In this document: one piece after another, positions 27,052 to 41,612 of the stretch
How positions within the stretch are numbered: the first letter of the stretch is position 1
Layout of the letters: every line of letters starts with the position of its first letter
Assembly (NCBI GenBank): GCA_013265495.1
Contig: MU057398.1
Coordinates: 682,001-746,000, forward strand
DNA from: Vicugna vicugna
Taxonomy: Eukaryota
Reading direction: 5' to 3'
DNA length: 64,000 nucleotides
Notes under the pieces: model-generated
What the model saw: the letters and a program-made list of their open reading frames with translations, nothing else
The model's database searches: none
Told to the model about the DNA's origin: nothing
Program-made: the position numbers and the translations under genes

Positions 27052-27526
27052 GAACTTACACTAAGTGAAATAAGCCAGACACAGAAAAACAAGTATTACA
27101 TGATCTCACTTACATATAGAATTTTTAAAAGTCATACTCAAAAGTCATACTCATAGTAACAGAGAATAGAATGGTAGTTACCAGGGGCTAGAAGAGGGGG
27201 GAAATGGGGAAATGATGATCAAAGAGCACAAACTTTCAGTTATAAGATGAGTAAGTTCTGAGGCTCTAATATAAAGTAAGTGACTATAGTTAACAATACT
27301 ATATGGTATACTTGAAATTTGCTGAAAGAGTAAACCTTAAATGTTCTTACCAACATACCCAAAGAAATGTTAACTATGTGAAGTGAGATATATTAATTAA
27401 CTCAATTGTAGTAATCATTTCATAATGAATACCTTAAAGCATCACATTGTATGCCTTAAAAAAACATGTTGTACAACCTAAAACATGTAACAAATCAGGA
27501 ATAAAATTAAAGGAAAAAAGTGAAAA
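27052..27526 (+). mobile_element. L1MA9-like 3' end inserted into an older L1
   Basis: ctaagtgaaataagccagacacagaaa...aaactttcagttataagatgagtaagttctgagg...tacttgaaatttgctg. TSD aaaaac(c)cttcgag on both sides. Confidence 0.75.
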
Positions 27527-30500
27527 AAAAACCTTCGAGCTGACTTTACACGGTGATGCTACACATCGAAACTTGATGCAGCCAGAACAGTTTGGGTGTC
27601 AGTTTTAAATGCTTATGTTTGAAAAGAAGGTTGGAAATCAACGAACTAACTTTACAATTTAAGAAGTGAGAAAAAACCAGAGAATGTACCCTAAGAAAGA
27701 AGATATGATAATAAAGATAAAATTTTACATAACTTAATGAACGGGAAAGCACACATACAGTATTAAAGGACAATGCCACAAGTTCACTCTCTGAAAGACT
27801 AGTCAACGGACAAAAGTTCTACCAAGACAAGGAAAAAAGGGAGCAGGAACAAGTCACAACACCAGAATGAAAAAGGAGACAAACACAGATGTTACAGAGG
27901 TTTATAAAAAGATAAGCGTAACTTCATGCTAGTAAGCTTAGTAATGCAGACAAAATGGACAAAAATATACATTAGCCACACTGACCTGGGCAAGTATAGT
28001 ATGGAAATAAAAATAGGTTTCCAAGGGCGTGTATGTGTACAGAACACTTCAAAGGACACATACAAGCCCCTGGAAGCAGCTGTTCCTTGCAGAGGGGCCT
28101 GGGTGGCAGAAGGCAGACTCACAGACCAAGAGTCACTCTAGAGTTTGTCCTCCCTGAGTGGTGAACCACGTGCATGGGCCAGCTGCTCAATAACAGATAC
28201 GCCCAGAGACAAGGAAAGGCCTCACCTGACTGCATGCACAGACCAGCCCAGGAGGTGGAGGGTGACATTTGCAGCAGGAGCCAATCCTAATATTAGCTGC
28301 TGCCAGGCCTTGTCTGTATTTCTATCTGTCCTTTTAATGTTCACACATTTGGTAGGTGAAAATGGTATCTTCTTTGTTGTCATTTGTGTCTCTTTGGTTA
28401 TTACTGAGGCAGAACTCTTTTCCTATGTTCACTGGCCAGCTGTCTCTTCTTTTGAATCTCCTGTTCATATTCCTTGCTCATTAGTGGTGACTGGTAGTAA
28501 GTTAACAATAAGAACTGCTGCATTCAAGTCTAGAATGGAAAGGAAATGTAAAAATTTGCCCAGGTACACTCACAGTGACTGCTGAATAGCCCAAGAGCAC
28601 TGTTCCCACTGTCCAATGGGAGGCATTAAATCTAGGATGATTCTCTGGATGGTGATCTGCAGCTGAACTATTTTCCCTACTTCAGACTTGCCCAAATGCC
28701 AAGAAATTGAACTCCAGCACTCATTCATTCATTCAGTCACCAAACAGCCTCTGTTTTTCAAGCACTTCTGTGCTCTGATGGAGGCCTTGCTCACAGTGGG
28801 CACCAGCGGTGCTTCCTGGCCTTTCTCACCCCCTTCCCAGAAAGGCCCTTCGAGCTGCTCTCAGTACTCCTAAGTTACTAACCTATCGCCCAAATGAGAA
28901 GTCAATCAAAAACTTCAGACCATGACATTTTTCCAGTTCTTTCACTATCATCACTTTACATACAACCTCATTGCACGCTTGCAACACATCAAAGCAGCAT
29001 TTAACTAAAGGCAATATTGAGGCTCAAGGAGGAAAAAGTAACCTAGAAGCTACTAGGTGAAAGAGCTGGAATTTAATCCTAAAGTGACGGGGTTTAAAAA
29101 GCTTATGTCTGTCCACTCTATTCAAGATACAGCTGTTAAAGCATCAAGGTCCTGGGTTGCAAGCAATAGAAACCAACTCTAGCTAACTCCAGTCACGAAG
29201 AAGTTCTGTGGCAGAACCTGGGAATGAAGAGAAGACTACAAAACTAAGCCCAGAACAGCAGCTGCACGACTGAAAACAAGGCTAAGGTTGTACTAAAGGG
29301 ACCACCTGGTTAGGACACACCCTGGGCGGCACCACCACCCCATCATCAGACATTAGCCACTACTGCTGGCTTCCTGATGCATGCGCCACTACCATGACTT
29401 CTCTCTCATGGTCTCTCAAAAGTCAAAGTCCCTGAGGATAGAATGGGTTTGGCCAAGCCTGGGTATCACTGCCACTCCCCAACTTCTGGAGACCAAGGGG
29501 CAGGAATATCTGTCCCCTGTTGCAGGCACTGCTAGCTGTCCTCCCGCACCCAGGTCCTCTGTCTTCCTAACAGGACCCTGTGCCCAGCTAAGGAAAGTTA
29601 TTTCCCAGCTTCCCAGCAGAGCTGGGACGACGTCTGGCTGATGAGAACACAGCAGAGGGCTCTGCCTGTCCTATCCCTCTTCACGCCTGCTCCGGCTCAT
29701 GGACTGGGGCAGAGCACACCTCCCTGCCCACTGTCTCTGCACTAGCTCACACGTCTGGCTTCACTGACGGGACTGAGGAGGAAGAGACTTTAAAAGGCCT
29801 CTGGGTGTCTGCGTCCTCCTCTTGGGCTCCCGACATCCACCTAAGAAGAGACCATCCCTGGCAGTTGTTTCTCCCTCCTGCGGCCTGGAAGGACAGGCTT
29901 GAAAACAGATCTGACCTCATCCTACAGCTGACCCAGACCCATGAGTGAGAAATTGTTGTTGGAGCTGCTATTTGTTTCTCAGAAAAAAAGGACGGACATG
30001 GGGATGGAAATGACTGAACGGGACTGGAAGGTGAGCCAGCAAGTGCTCTTTCGTCTTTCCCTGGAGAAGATAAAACGGCTAGAGCTGCAACTGCCATCAT
30101 GTCTCCACAGGCAACCTTGCGGATGGAAGTCACCTGCTCAGGGTGATGGAGGAAAAAGACTGAGGGGCTCTAGATCCCACATACTTATGGAGCCATCACA
30201 ATAGCCATGGATAGCCTGCCTCCAGACTTCAGGGCACACAGGAGAGGAGAGCACCACAAGTCTCCAACTCCACCTGCAGGCGTTCTTAAGTAGAAGCTAG
30301 GATCTACCAGTTTCCAGCCCGCGATCCACAGAGTAGGGGATTCTTTTCACACAAAAAAGGTTTCAAGATACTCAGAAGCCCCCCTCCGCCAAATGTTCCT
30401 GATAAGCCATATGTGATGTTTACTTGCTATATACACTTTGTTCACCAAGTTATCACAATCACTGTAACTTGAGTTACTGAAAAATAAAAAAATAAATTCT

Positions 30501-31463
30501 GAGATTCTTTCTTCCTATTTCTGTTGGCTAAAAATGCAGCCTTTGAATTCTTTATAAGTGAATTTAAGAGACAAAAATAAATCCAGATAATTCAGAATTG
30601 TACTGAAGACAACACATATGCCTTCTATGCGATAAGCTCCCAGCATTATTTATTCAAAGAAAACTCGCCTCACTGAAAAAAATATAAAAAGCTTAAAATA
30701 AAACAATTAATGATACAACATACCACTTCCTACACCAGATTCCTTTCCTTTCCTTTATAGCAGTGGGTGTCATCACCTGACCAGAGCAAAAACAAAACCG
30801 GTTCTGAACTGCTGAAGACTCAGAAAGTTCAATTAGCCAGAGCATCCTGCTTTCCTGCACTACAGTCACCGAGCAGGGAGGTGAGCAGCCCGGGCCTGCT
30901 GAGGAGCCTGGGCGCTAGGCCCAGCTAGCAGGCATGTGCACATGTGTGCCCAGAGGCTGTGTGCTGAGCCAGGAACCCTGCTCCTACGGCCCCCAGGAGA
31001 CCCAGGATGAAGTACATCAGTCGTTCATGCCAGGCACTGTACTAAATATGCAAGGAAGGCCCCAAAGAGTCGCCTGGGGGTCTCTGCTCCAGAAGCTCAT
31101 GACCCACTAGGAGAAAAGCAACATGCCAGAAAACTACAGGGCCTGCACCAGATGTCTGCAGGGGTCGCTAAGGGCCCAAGGGAGGAGTGGTCAGATCCCC
31201 AGGTCTAGGAGCCAGGGTGGGCAGTATCAGCCTCTTCAAAGGAATCAGCTTCTGAGGTTCCATCCAGTCAGGCAGAAAATCACAGAAGCCATTCTCACGA
31301 ATACTTTAAGCAGCACATCTGTTGGCAAAACACAACTATTGTTACACAAATAAGAAGCTGCAGATTGCAAAGGCACCTGACAGCATTTAAAATTCATTTC
31401 TCCTGTTTTGCAAAGCTGCAATGGGAAATCATGCTGTTAAATTATACATTCATAAAGGATGTA

Positions 31464-31950
31464 CAGACAGACCTCAGAGATATTGTGGGTTCAGTTCCAG
31501 ATCACCACAAAAGAGCAAATACTGCAATAAAGTGGGTCACACAATGCTTTTGGTTTCCCAGTACATATGAGTTATGTTTATACTAGACTGTAGTCTATTA
31601 AGTGTGCAACAGCATTATGTCTAAAAACATGTACATACCTTTATTAAAAATCCTTTATTGCTAAAAAATACTATTTTCTTTCAGAGCTTTCAGTGAGTTG
31701 TAATCTTTTCACAATAGTAACATCAAAGATCACTGATCACAACTCATCTTAACAGATATAATAATGAGAAAGCATGAAATATTCTGAGAATTACCAAAAT
31801 GTAACAGAGACACAAACTGAACAAATGCTGTTGGAAAAATGGCACTGACAGACTTGCTCGATGCACAGTTGCACAAACCTTCAATTTATAAAAAATGCAC
31901 TATCTGTGAAGTACAATAAAGTGAAGCACAATAAAACAAGTTCTTTATGT
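31464..31950 (-). mobile_element. Internally deleted Tigger1 derivative (Tigger1a_Art-like)
   Basis: TA+cagacagacctcagagatattgtgggttcagttccagatcacc at one end and tatctgtgaagtacaataaagtgaagcacaataaaac at the other, i.e. both Tigger1 termini ~480 bp apart. Confidence 0.8.
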
Positions 31951-32239
31951 TTAAAAAGTGGGGGAACTATGTGGGTGCTATTTAGACTTTCATCAGTTTC
32001 CTCCATGTTTCTGGATAACTGCAAATCTCCCCAAAGTGACTCAAACTCTAACTCTACACATCTGCCCTTTATGTGTACCTTCTACTCCAGACTGTACATC
32101 TGATTAAACCATAAACAATACTGTTCCTCTTGGCCACATAGAAGCTAATGAGTCAATAAGCAGAGCAGGCTGCATTCTATTCTGTCCCTCTTAGTTTAAG
32201 ACAAAATCTGAGGGCAAGGTCCCACTGCAGAATCCATCC

Positions 32240-34100
32240 ATCTACCTAATAAGTATGCATGATTCAAGACACTGGAGACACAGCAAGGAAGAGGCAAAAA
32301 AACAAAACAAAATAAAACAAAACAAAAACCCTCTGCCCTCACAGGACTTAGGCTCTAATGGAGGGAAAGGGAGAGGGAAGGGGGGTGGGGGAGAACGTGA
32401 ACAAGCACAAATAAAACCAACAAGCAAAGCAGTGTATATAAGGCAGATGATGACAAGTGCTGGGCTAGCAGGGGAAAGTGGTGGGGTGCGGGCAGGCAAA
32501 AATTTTCAGGGAGGGCAACACTGGGAAGGCAACACTTAAGCCAATTTGAGGGAGACCACAAAGGAAGCTAAGTGATTCCTGGGGGAAGAACGTCCCCAAC
32601 ATAGGGAAGCCCAGGGGTCAAGGCCTTGAGGCAGGGCTGTACCTGGAGGATCCAGAGAAGGGCATGGAGGCCAAGGAGGCCACAGTGGGTGAGTGACAGC
32701 AGACTGGCAGGAGAGGTGAACAGACTGGGCCTTGGAGGCCACTGTAAGGACTTTGGCTTTAACTCAGAGTGAGAGGGGAGCCCACATGTTGCAGGACTGA
32801 ACAGAGATGCAGGGGTCAAGGACAGAGGGAGGCGGCGAGGGTAAGAACTCAGACCAAGATGGAAACAGCGGAGATGGGGAGAACTTGTCAGGGAGAATGA
32901 ACAGAGTTTGTGGACAAGTGGGCTGTGGTCTGAAAGAAAGCATTCTGGGTAACCAGCACCAGGTTTCTGACCTGAGGAGCAGGAAGATGGAGTTGCTGCT
33001 TACTGGGAAGGGGAGAGCAGGGAAAGAAAAGGCACGCGGGGTTAGGAGCTCAGGCTTGACCAGGTACAGCTAGAGAAGCCTGTTAGAAGCTGAGCAGAGC
33101 TGTTGAGTTGGCACTGGGAACACAGGCCCGGAGTTCACGGGGGCCAATCAGCCTAGAGACATCAAGTTGGTTACCAGTGGCTGGCAGATGGAAAAAAAAG
33201 CCACAAGGCTGGATAAGATCCCCTCAGAAGTGAGGGTGGAGAGGAGCATGAGCCCAAGGCCCGCCAACAGCACATAGGCACAGAGGGACCTGCACACGCC
33301 CACCGAGGACCTCCTGAGGACCCATGGGCACCAGACATCATCCTAGGCACCCGAGCTACCTCTGTGAATACAGTGAACAACCCCACCTGGCAGACGTCAG
33401 TCCTAGCAGGGACAACAGACAATTAAGATAAAGTCAGTCACCTATTCTATTAGAAAGGGACCAAAGCTATGGTTTGGAAAAAACAGGGCAGTCAGGATAG
33501 GCCCAGTTGAGGAGATGCACTCTGGCGGAGAGCCCCAGGAGAGGGAAGGGACTGACATGGATACTGGGGTCACTGATGCTGACCGGTCAGGGAAGAGGAG
33601 AAGTGACAACTGGCCCTCAGATTTGAAAATATAAAGGTCACCATTTGTGCCGGCAAAGGACTGACTAGAAAGGGCTCAGAAGAGCACGTGGAGAGACAAA
33701 GAAGAGTTCCGCTAGAAAAGGGAAGCAGAGAAGCTCGAGAGGTGCTGGGGCCAAGAGCAGCTGGTGTCAAGGTGGGAAAAGCAGCAGCAGGCAGTGGGGA
33801 TGGGAAGGACCCAGTACTGAGGGAGGAATCTCCAACGTGGGACAGGGCCAGAGAGGTGGCCCAGAGCAGGAGAGGAGCAGGGAGTGAGGGCCGACGCTGG
33901 TAACGGGGTGCTGGGCCTGTGGGCGTTCTCTTCTGATGGCTCCCTGCTCTACAGGAACCAGGAAGTGAGGGATCAGCTGCGAGACGGTGGAGGGTGGGAG
34001 AAGCCAGGAGAGACTGGGGAATGGCAGTCAGGCAGCGTGAAGTGCCCCTGAGGTGAGTGGACATGACCTTGAGATGGGAGCAACCAGGAGGCTACTACAT
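32240..34100 (-). mobile_element. Degenerate L2 fossil
   Basis: Purine-rich, with L2 hallmarks: cctctgccctcacaggactta, ggccactgtaaggactttggctttaactcagagtgagaggggagcc, caggtttctgacctgag. Confidence 0.65.
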
Positions 34101-34896
34101 CCAGCTGCGGGGTAGAGCAGGAGCAAGGCAGGCGGGTGACTGGGTTTTACCAGGGTTGGGGCTTCATTAAACTGAGCATGACAAAGCAAGATAGTGGCAA
34201 AGCTGTGGGGGTGGTACTCCAGGGAGTACTCACGACCGCCCTGCCATCTACAATGGGAAGATGTGTGAGGATACAAGGGAGGCAAGGGCCAGAGAAAAGA
34301 TGGGAACATCAGCGTTACCTGAGTGCCTGCAGTGGGAAAGGACTAACGGTGCTGGGAGTGGAAGCGGCGAGCGGGACATAACGACAAAGGTGAGGGCTAA
34401 ATCGTCCGGCACCAGCACCTGTCAGTGTAAAAGCCTGACTCTGAGAAAGAATAAAAAGATGTGGTGATCCTTCAGAGCATGTGCATCTTTAAAAAGTTGT
34501 CTCGAAGAACACAATTTTACGTACTTTCACTTCTGAATGTTTCATTTCCGTGTCTCGTCATAGAACAGGGTACAGAAGTAGGAGGATGGACTTAAGGTAA
34601 CACGTGATTTCAACTACACAGACTTTTCAGGGAATAATGAGAGCTGTCCTGTTACAGCTGCCAAACCGTGGCGACCAGGCAGCGAGGAGCCATGCAGGCG
34701 CTACTTAGGACGAGACAAGCATCTGATTAAATCTACCATGAACGCCTTTAGCCAAACTCCTGTGGCTATGCTGCATGGAATCAGACTGAACTGCCACTGC
34801 CCATCTGCTTATAGCTTGGATTCCACTGAAAAGAACTGTTCTGTGGGGACTCCTGACTTTGCCTGGGCCCTTCTATCCTGGAGATGGACAGGCTTC

Positions 34897-35292
34897 TGCA
34901 GCAGGTTCACTGGTAGCCCCAAAAGGTATGTATATGTCTTAACCCCCAGACCCTGTCAATGGGACCCTATTTGGACTAAGAATTTTGTAGATACAATTAA
35001 GTGAAAGATCTTGAGTTGAGATCTTCCTGTATTTCAGGTGAGAAGACACACACATAAGAGCTGGCCAAGTGAAGATGCAAGCAGAGATTGGAGTGATGAT
35101 ACCAGAAGCCAAGGAACGTCTAGGATTTCCAGGCAGCCACCAGCAGCTACAAGAGCCAAGAAAGGATCCTGCCCTAGAGTCTCTGAAGGGAGTGGGGCTA
35201 TGCGACACCCTGATTTGGGACCTCTGGCCCTTGCACTGTCTGAGAATCCATCCACTGTTGGGTACTTTGTTGCAGCTGTCCTATAAGCTCAC
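34897..35292 (+). mobile_element. MLT1C-like MaLR LTR
   Basis: gtcttaacccccagacc...gtgaagatgcaagcagagattggagtgatg...aagccaaggaac...gccaccagcagcta...gacaccctgatttggga. Confidence 0.75.
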
Positions 35293-38200
35293 CTGCTTCT
35301 CCTTTAGCTCTAATTCTCACCAGATTCCTGAGCTTTCACAGACGATCCATGCACTTTCCACCCTCCCCACCTTTCTCAAAGAGGAAGTGCCTGCCAGAAG
35401 CCTGCCCTCCCATGGCCACTCTCCAAGCAAGGACTCTGTTCTTCCAGGACCCCGTCTCCTCTACCTCCACCTCCTCATGCAAACGTGCTATCACAGCCAA
35501 CCACCTGATGAAGACTCCGCGCTCCACCCCCATTTCTCTGGTCCTTATCACAACAAACTTCTCAAAAAGTCATCTACACCCAGTCTCCACTCCCTCACCT
35601 CCCACTCACCCACTCCAACCTGGCTTGTCCTCACCACCTCTGATGAGGTTCACCACAATACAGCTAGTTTCTCGCTTAAATCTTTCACTAGAGGATGACC
35701 AACTGTATACATGCATTTGCTACCTAGCCCTTCAAACCTCAAAGAAACAAAGTACAGATGTGTGAAGAGGAAGAAACCTCCAACAGAGACGACAGAAAAA
35801 ATGGCAGGAGGGGACTTCCAAACAGATGAGATATGTCTCACTAATTTCTAAATGCTGGAAAGAGGAGGAACATGTTGGCTAAGGTACAGAGTGAATGTAT
35901 GACAAGGAAGCTACAAAGGAGGTGGGGGCCTGTGCGCCTGTTAGAACCCCAGAGGGGCTGGCAGAGCAGACCAGGGGTAAGCAGTGCCCGTCCAACAGTA
36001 AGTACGCACAGGTCATCGACCTGTCAGATTACGGTCCAGGACCGTTGGGGGCTGGGCATCTTCAGCAAGCTCCCAGATACAGCTGATGACACTGGGGCTG
36101 GTCACCGAAGCACACCTAGAGTGGCAAGGTGCCACTTCCTTCCACAGGCAAGAAACCAAATGGTCTTTTCTAAATCATTTGATGGAACCGTCCTTTCCTT
36201 CTCCCTAAGGCTCTTGGTGTGGCTGGCAGCAGCCCAGGTGAAGCCCACCTCTTTCTGGCCTCCGAGGGTCCCCGGAATGAGGGCTGACCCCTGTATGTTT
36301 CCCACCAAAGCCAAGTCTGCTGGTCAGTCTGCCCTGTCCCCCACACAACTCCTACTCCAACCCCCCTGCCCTGGGGAGCTACCCCACAGGAAATGGGTGA
36401 CTCCACCAGAGCAGGGGCAGTGTGCCACCTACTCAGACCTCTTGTCCCCAAACCCAAAGAGACCCAGCAACACGGAAAACAGACCAATTCTGTCCCTAGA
36501 GGGAACGTAATATTCTCATATTTTAGAATAAAATTCAGCCGTAAAACCAGAACAGAAACATCCACAAACAAGAAACAGATGATAAGAGTTCAGAGATTAA
36601 AAATGGGTTAGCTACAAATACAAAACAACAGTATGGCATTGTTTACTACAGGAAAAGACTGAAAAGTGCCGAAATGTGGGAGCTGCTTGACTAAAGTGTG
36701 GTTCATCTACACAATGGAGTCTGCACACAAAGAGTGCGGAAGGGAGCGCTGCACACCGCCATCAACAAGGAGGGCGTCTACGCTGACAGGAGGTCTCCAG
36801 GAAAGACGGAGTGAAAACAAACTAAAACCAAGATGCAAAACACTCCATCAAGTGAGCTTCTTGCGTAATAAAAGGAGAAATAACAATACGTATATTTATT
36901 GGTTTATCTTTGCAAGAAGAAACACTAAAAGGATGAGCAAGAAACTGAAAACTTCTGAGTATTGTATAAGCTTGGCTTTTTAAAGTTCAAAAAGTTTTTG
37001 AACTTTTAAAAAATATATAGGTTTCAGGTGTACAACATTATAATTTGACATCTGTATCCATTACAAAGTGATCACCTCCACACAACTAGTTACCATTCAG
37101 GCTTGGCTTTTTTTAAAATTCAAGTCTGCTATACTACATTCAACAGATACCAAATTGCATTTCAATAAATGTAATCAGAATAAATATAACAAAACAAGAA
37201 TTACAAAACCCATACGTGTTGTTTACACATACATAAAGTGTGCATATAGCCTATGAATATAAAGAATCATTATTACAATCATAACTAAAGAAAATTCAGT
37301 GAAGTAGCAATTCTTCAATTAAATTAGGCTTGACTTGCAAACCACTAAATACATATTCCAAAAATAGAAGAAAAGCAAACCATAAAACTGAAAACAAATA
37401 AACCTAGCTGTGTATCAAATTAGTAACACAATCACACAGAAAAGAATTATTTCAAGTGACTTTTTCCAACATATTATAAAGGAAAATTCAAACATACAGA
37501 AAAATTGAACAAACTGTCCAAAGAAAACCCACATACTCATCGCCTAGATTCTACCATTGTTGACATGATTCAGCGACCAATCTATTCATCTTATTTTTGA
37601 TGTATTTCAAAGTTCACCAGTACATTTCATCCTTAAACACTTCAGCATACAAATAACTAACTGGAGTTGAAAATTCATTTTCATTTTTTAAGGTAAAATT
37701 TACATCCAGTGAAATGACAAATCTTAAGTGTATCATTTAATGAGTTCTGTCAAGTGCAGGCACCTGTATAAGCCAAACCCCTATCAAGACAGATGTCATG
37801 AAGGCCACAGAAGTTCCCCTGCACTTCTTTCCAGGCAGCCCCACCCCACACCCTCAGCAACACTTGGTGGTGTCGGTTTTTAATTTTGGCCATTACAGTG
37901 GGTGTGTAGTGGTATTTCATTGTGGTTTTAATTTGCATTTCTGTTAGGACTTTCTCATAAGAATATTGCTCACCATTCAGATACCTTCCTTTGTGAAATA
38001 TCTATTAAAATCTTTTCCTGTTTTAAAAATAGGTTGTCTTTTTATTACTGACTTATAAGAGTTCTTTATATATTCTCGACATAAGTCCTTTATCAGATAT
38101 ATGACTGTCTATTTTCTCTATGACTTGTCTCAACTATTTTCTCAGTAACTTATCTTTCCACTTTCTTAGTATCATCTTTTGAAGAGTAGAAGTTTTAAAC

Positions 38201-38389
38201 TTTAATGACGTCCAGTGTATCCACTTTTTCCTTTAATAATCATTGCTTTCTGTATCCTAAGAAACCTTTAACTTCAGACTGTGAACATATTCTCCCATAT
38301 TTTCTTCTAGTAGCTTTATATTTTTAGCTTTCAAAATATTTAGGTCTATAATCCATCTTGAATTAATTTTTATGTACAGTGTGAGGTAG

Positions 38390-38897
38390 TGCTTTGGGTT
38401 AAAATGTGTCCTCTTCAAAAAAGGTATGTTGGGGGGGAGGGTACAGCTCAGTGGTAGAGCACATGCGCGAGGTCCTGGGTTCAATCCCCAGTCCCTCCAT
38501 TAAAAAAAAAAAGATGTTGCAGTCCTAACCCCCAGTATCTAAGAATGTGATGATCTTATTTGGAAACAAGGTCCCTGCAGATGTAATTAGTTAAGATGAG
38601 GTCATCTTGGAGTAGGGTAGGATCCTAATCCAACATGAGTGGTGTCCTTATAAGAAGACAGCCACATGAAAACACAGACACAACACAGAGAATGCCACAC
38701 AGTGAGGAAGGCAGATACTGGAGTTATGCAGCTGCAAATCAAGGAACACCAAAGACTGTCAGCAAACCACCAGAAGCTAGGAACAGGAAAGGAAGGATTC
38801 CCCTACAGGTTTCAGGGGGAGCATGGGCTGACAACACCTCGAGTTTTAAGCCACCCAGTTTGTAGCACTTTGTTACAATAGCCCTAGGAAACTCATA
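38390..38897 (+). mobile_element. MLT1B-like MaLR solo LTR, interrupted by a SINE
   Basis: gtcctaacccccagta...cttatttggaaacaaggtccctgcagatgtaattagttaagatgaggtcat...ttttaagccacccagtttgtagcactttgttacaatagccctaggaaact. Confidence 0.8.
38431..38512 (+). mobile_element. tRNA-derived camelid-type SINE (Vic-1-like), short variant
   Basis: GGGGGGGAGGGTACAGCTCAGTGGTAGAGC (A box), GGTTCAATCCC (B box), A tail, and TSD-like aaaaaag(gt)atgttg on both sides. Confidence 0.85.
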
Positions 38898-41612
38898 TAG
38901 GTAGGGTCAAGGTTCCTTTTTGTCTGGTATAGACAGAACCATTTGCTAAAAAGGCTTTCCTTTCTCTCACTGAATTGCTCTGGCGCCTTTTAAAAATCAA
39001 ACAATCATAGACGTTTGGTCAATTTCTGGGCTTTCAGTTCTATTCCACGGAACTATGTGTTTACCCTTATTCAAGTACCAAGCAGTCTTGATTATTGCAG
39101 ATTTAACAGTAAGTCAAAGTCAGGTAGTCTAAGTGTTCCAATTTTGTTCTTTTTTAAGACTGCTTTGGATATTCTAAGTGCTTTGCATTTCCAGATACAT
39201 TTTAGAATCACTGTAAAGATTATTTAGTCTTTTAATCCATGAACATGGTATATCTTTCTATTTATTTAGGTCATTAATTTCTTTCAACAATGTTTTCAGT
39301 TTCAGTGTACAGATCTTATACATTTTTCATTAAATTATTCCTAATTGTACTCCACTGCAAATTTCATTTTCCAATTAATTTCTGCATAATTGACCTTGTG
39401 TCTTGAGATCTTGCTGAATTTGCTCTTTAGTTCTAGTATGCCTGTTTTTCTTTCTTTTACATTCTTTCAAATTTTCCATATTACCTCCAAAATGAAAGTT
39501 TTACTTCCCTTTAATATTAATGTCTTTTATCTTTTTCCTTGCCTTATCATATTAACTAGAACTTTTCCCTGATTTTAGGGGTAATATGTTCAATGTTTCA
39601 CCATTAAATACAATTTATATGTAGCTTTTTCTTAAAGGCACTGTATCAGATGAGGATGTTCCTTTCTATTCCTAATCTGCTGAGTTTCTATTATGAATGG
39701 GCACTGAATTTTGTCAAACACTTTTTCTATATCTATTGAGATAATCACACGGTTTTTCTCCTTTATTCTCTTAATATGGTGAATTACAGACTGGTTTTTA
39801 AATTTTAAACCACATTTGTATGCCTGGGATAAGTCTCAATTGGTTGATATATTATCTCTTTAATATATTGTTAGATTTGATTTGCTAATATTTCATTAAG
39901 ATGTTTATATTTATAGTCATGAAGGATAATGATCTCTAATTTTCTTTTTATGTACTGTCTTTGTAAGATTTAGTATCAGGGTTATACTAGATTCGTAAAA
40001 TAAACTATCAAGTGTTTCTTCTTCCTCCTCTATTTTCTAAAAGCTTATGTTTATGCAAGATTGGTGTTATTTCTCAAATGTTTGATAAAATTCACTCATG
40101 AAACCATCTGGGCCTAGAGATGTCTTTGTGGAAAATTTTTTTGATAATGTAAAAAAAAATCCTTTTCCTAGATGAAGAGCTATTGTTTTCTATTTCATAT
40201 TATGTCAATTTTTATATGTCCTGTTTTTCAAGGAATCTGTCCATTTCATCCAAGTTTGTCAATTTTAATTGTTCATTCCCTTATAATCCTTTTAATGTCT
40301 GAAGAAGTTTTAGTAATGTACCTTTTTATGCCTGATATTGGTAACTTATGTGCTTCTCTTTTTAGCTTCATTAGTCTGGCCAGGGGATTTTCAACTTTGT
40401 TGATATACTTTGGCTCTGTTAATTTTCTCTAACCTTTGTCTGTTTTCTATCTCATAAATTTCTACTCTTACCTTTATGACTTCCTTCTTTCCCTCTATTT
40501 ACTTTGGGTTTACCTTGCTCTTCTTTTTCTAGCTTCTTAGGTGGAATCTTAAATCATTAATTTTATACCTTTCTTCTTTTCTAATAAATGCATTTAAAGC
40601 TATAAATTTCCCTCTATTAGTACTTTAGCTTCATCCTATAAAACTTAATATGTTGTATTTTCATTATATTTCATTATTGCTTGAAATCTTCCCTAATTTT
40701 TCTTATGATTTCTTCTTCGACCCATGGGTTTTTTAGAAATGTGTGGTTTGATTTTCAAATATTTGCGGGTTTTCCTAGATCTTTTGTTATGATTTTTAAT
40801 TTAATTCCTTCTGATCAAAGAACATAATCTGTAAGATTTCAAGCTTCTTAAGTTTATTGAGACCTCTTTTATGGTCTGGCAAATGACACGTTGAACTGTA
40901 TTATGTACACTTGAAAAGAATGTGTATTCTGCAGCTGTTGAGTGTGTTATTCTATAAATGTGGTTGGTAATGTTCAGGTCTTATACATCCTTACTGACAT
41001 CTAGTTCTAGTTCTACCAAATATTGGGAAAAGGGTATTAAAATTGCCAAGTATGATTATGGATTTGTTTATTGCTCTTTAATTCTAATTTTTCTTCATGC
41101 ACTTTGCAGCTCTGTAATTAGGCACATACACATTCATGGTTGTTAATGTCTTCCTGATGAACTGACTCTTTTATCATGAAATGTTTCTTTTTATCTCTGG
41201 TAATATCCTTTGTTTCAGTCTGCCTGTCTTTTCTTTGGGGGGGGGTGCGGATATCACTATTGCCATTCCAGCTTTCCTGTGCTTACTGTTTTTATGGTTT
41301 ATTTTTTCCCATCCTTTTACATTCAATCTAACTGTGTCTTTATTTTAAAACTGTTTATCTTATAGACAACTTATGGCTAGGTCTTATTTTCAAATTCACC
41401 TTACAATCTCTGCCATTTAACTGAAATGTTTAGTCCATTTACATTTAATGTATTATTGATATGATTGGACTTTAGGACTACTGATTTGTTCTTTCATTAT
41501 GACCATATTTTATGTCCTTGAAGAGTAGTTAAAACAGTTGCTTTAAAATCCTCTAATTCCAACATCTGGATCATCTTGGGGTAAGGTGCCACTGATCACC
41601 TTTTCTCTTGTC

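Noticed and set aside
27128..27153. 13-bp tandem duplication AAAGTCATACTCA x2
   Set aside because: Small slippage event inside an L1 fossil; no sign of an array or function.
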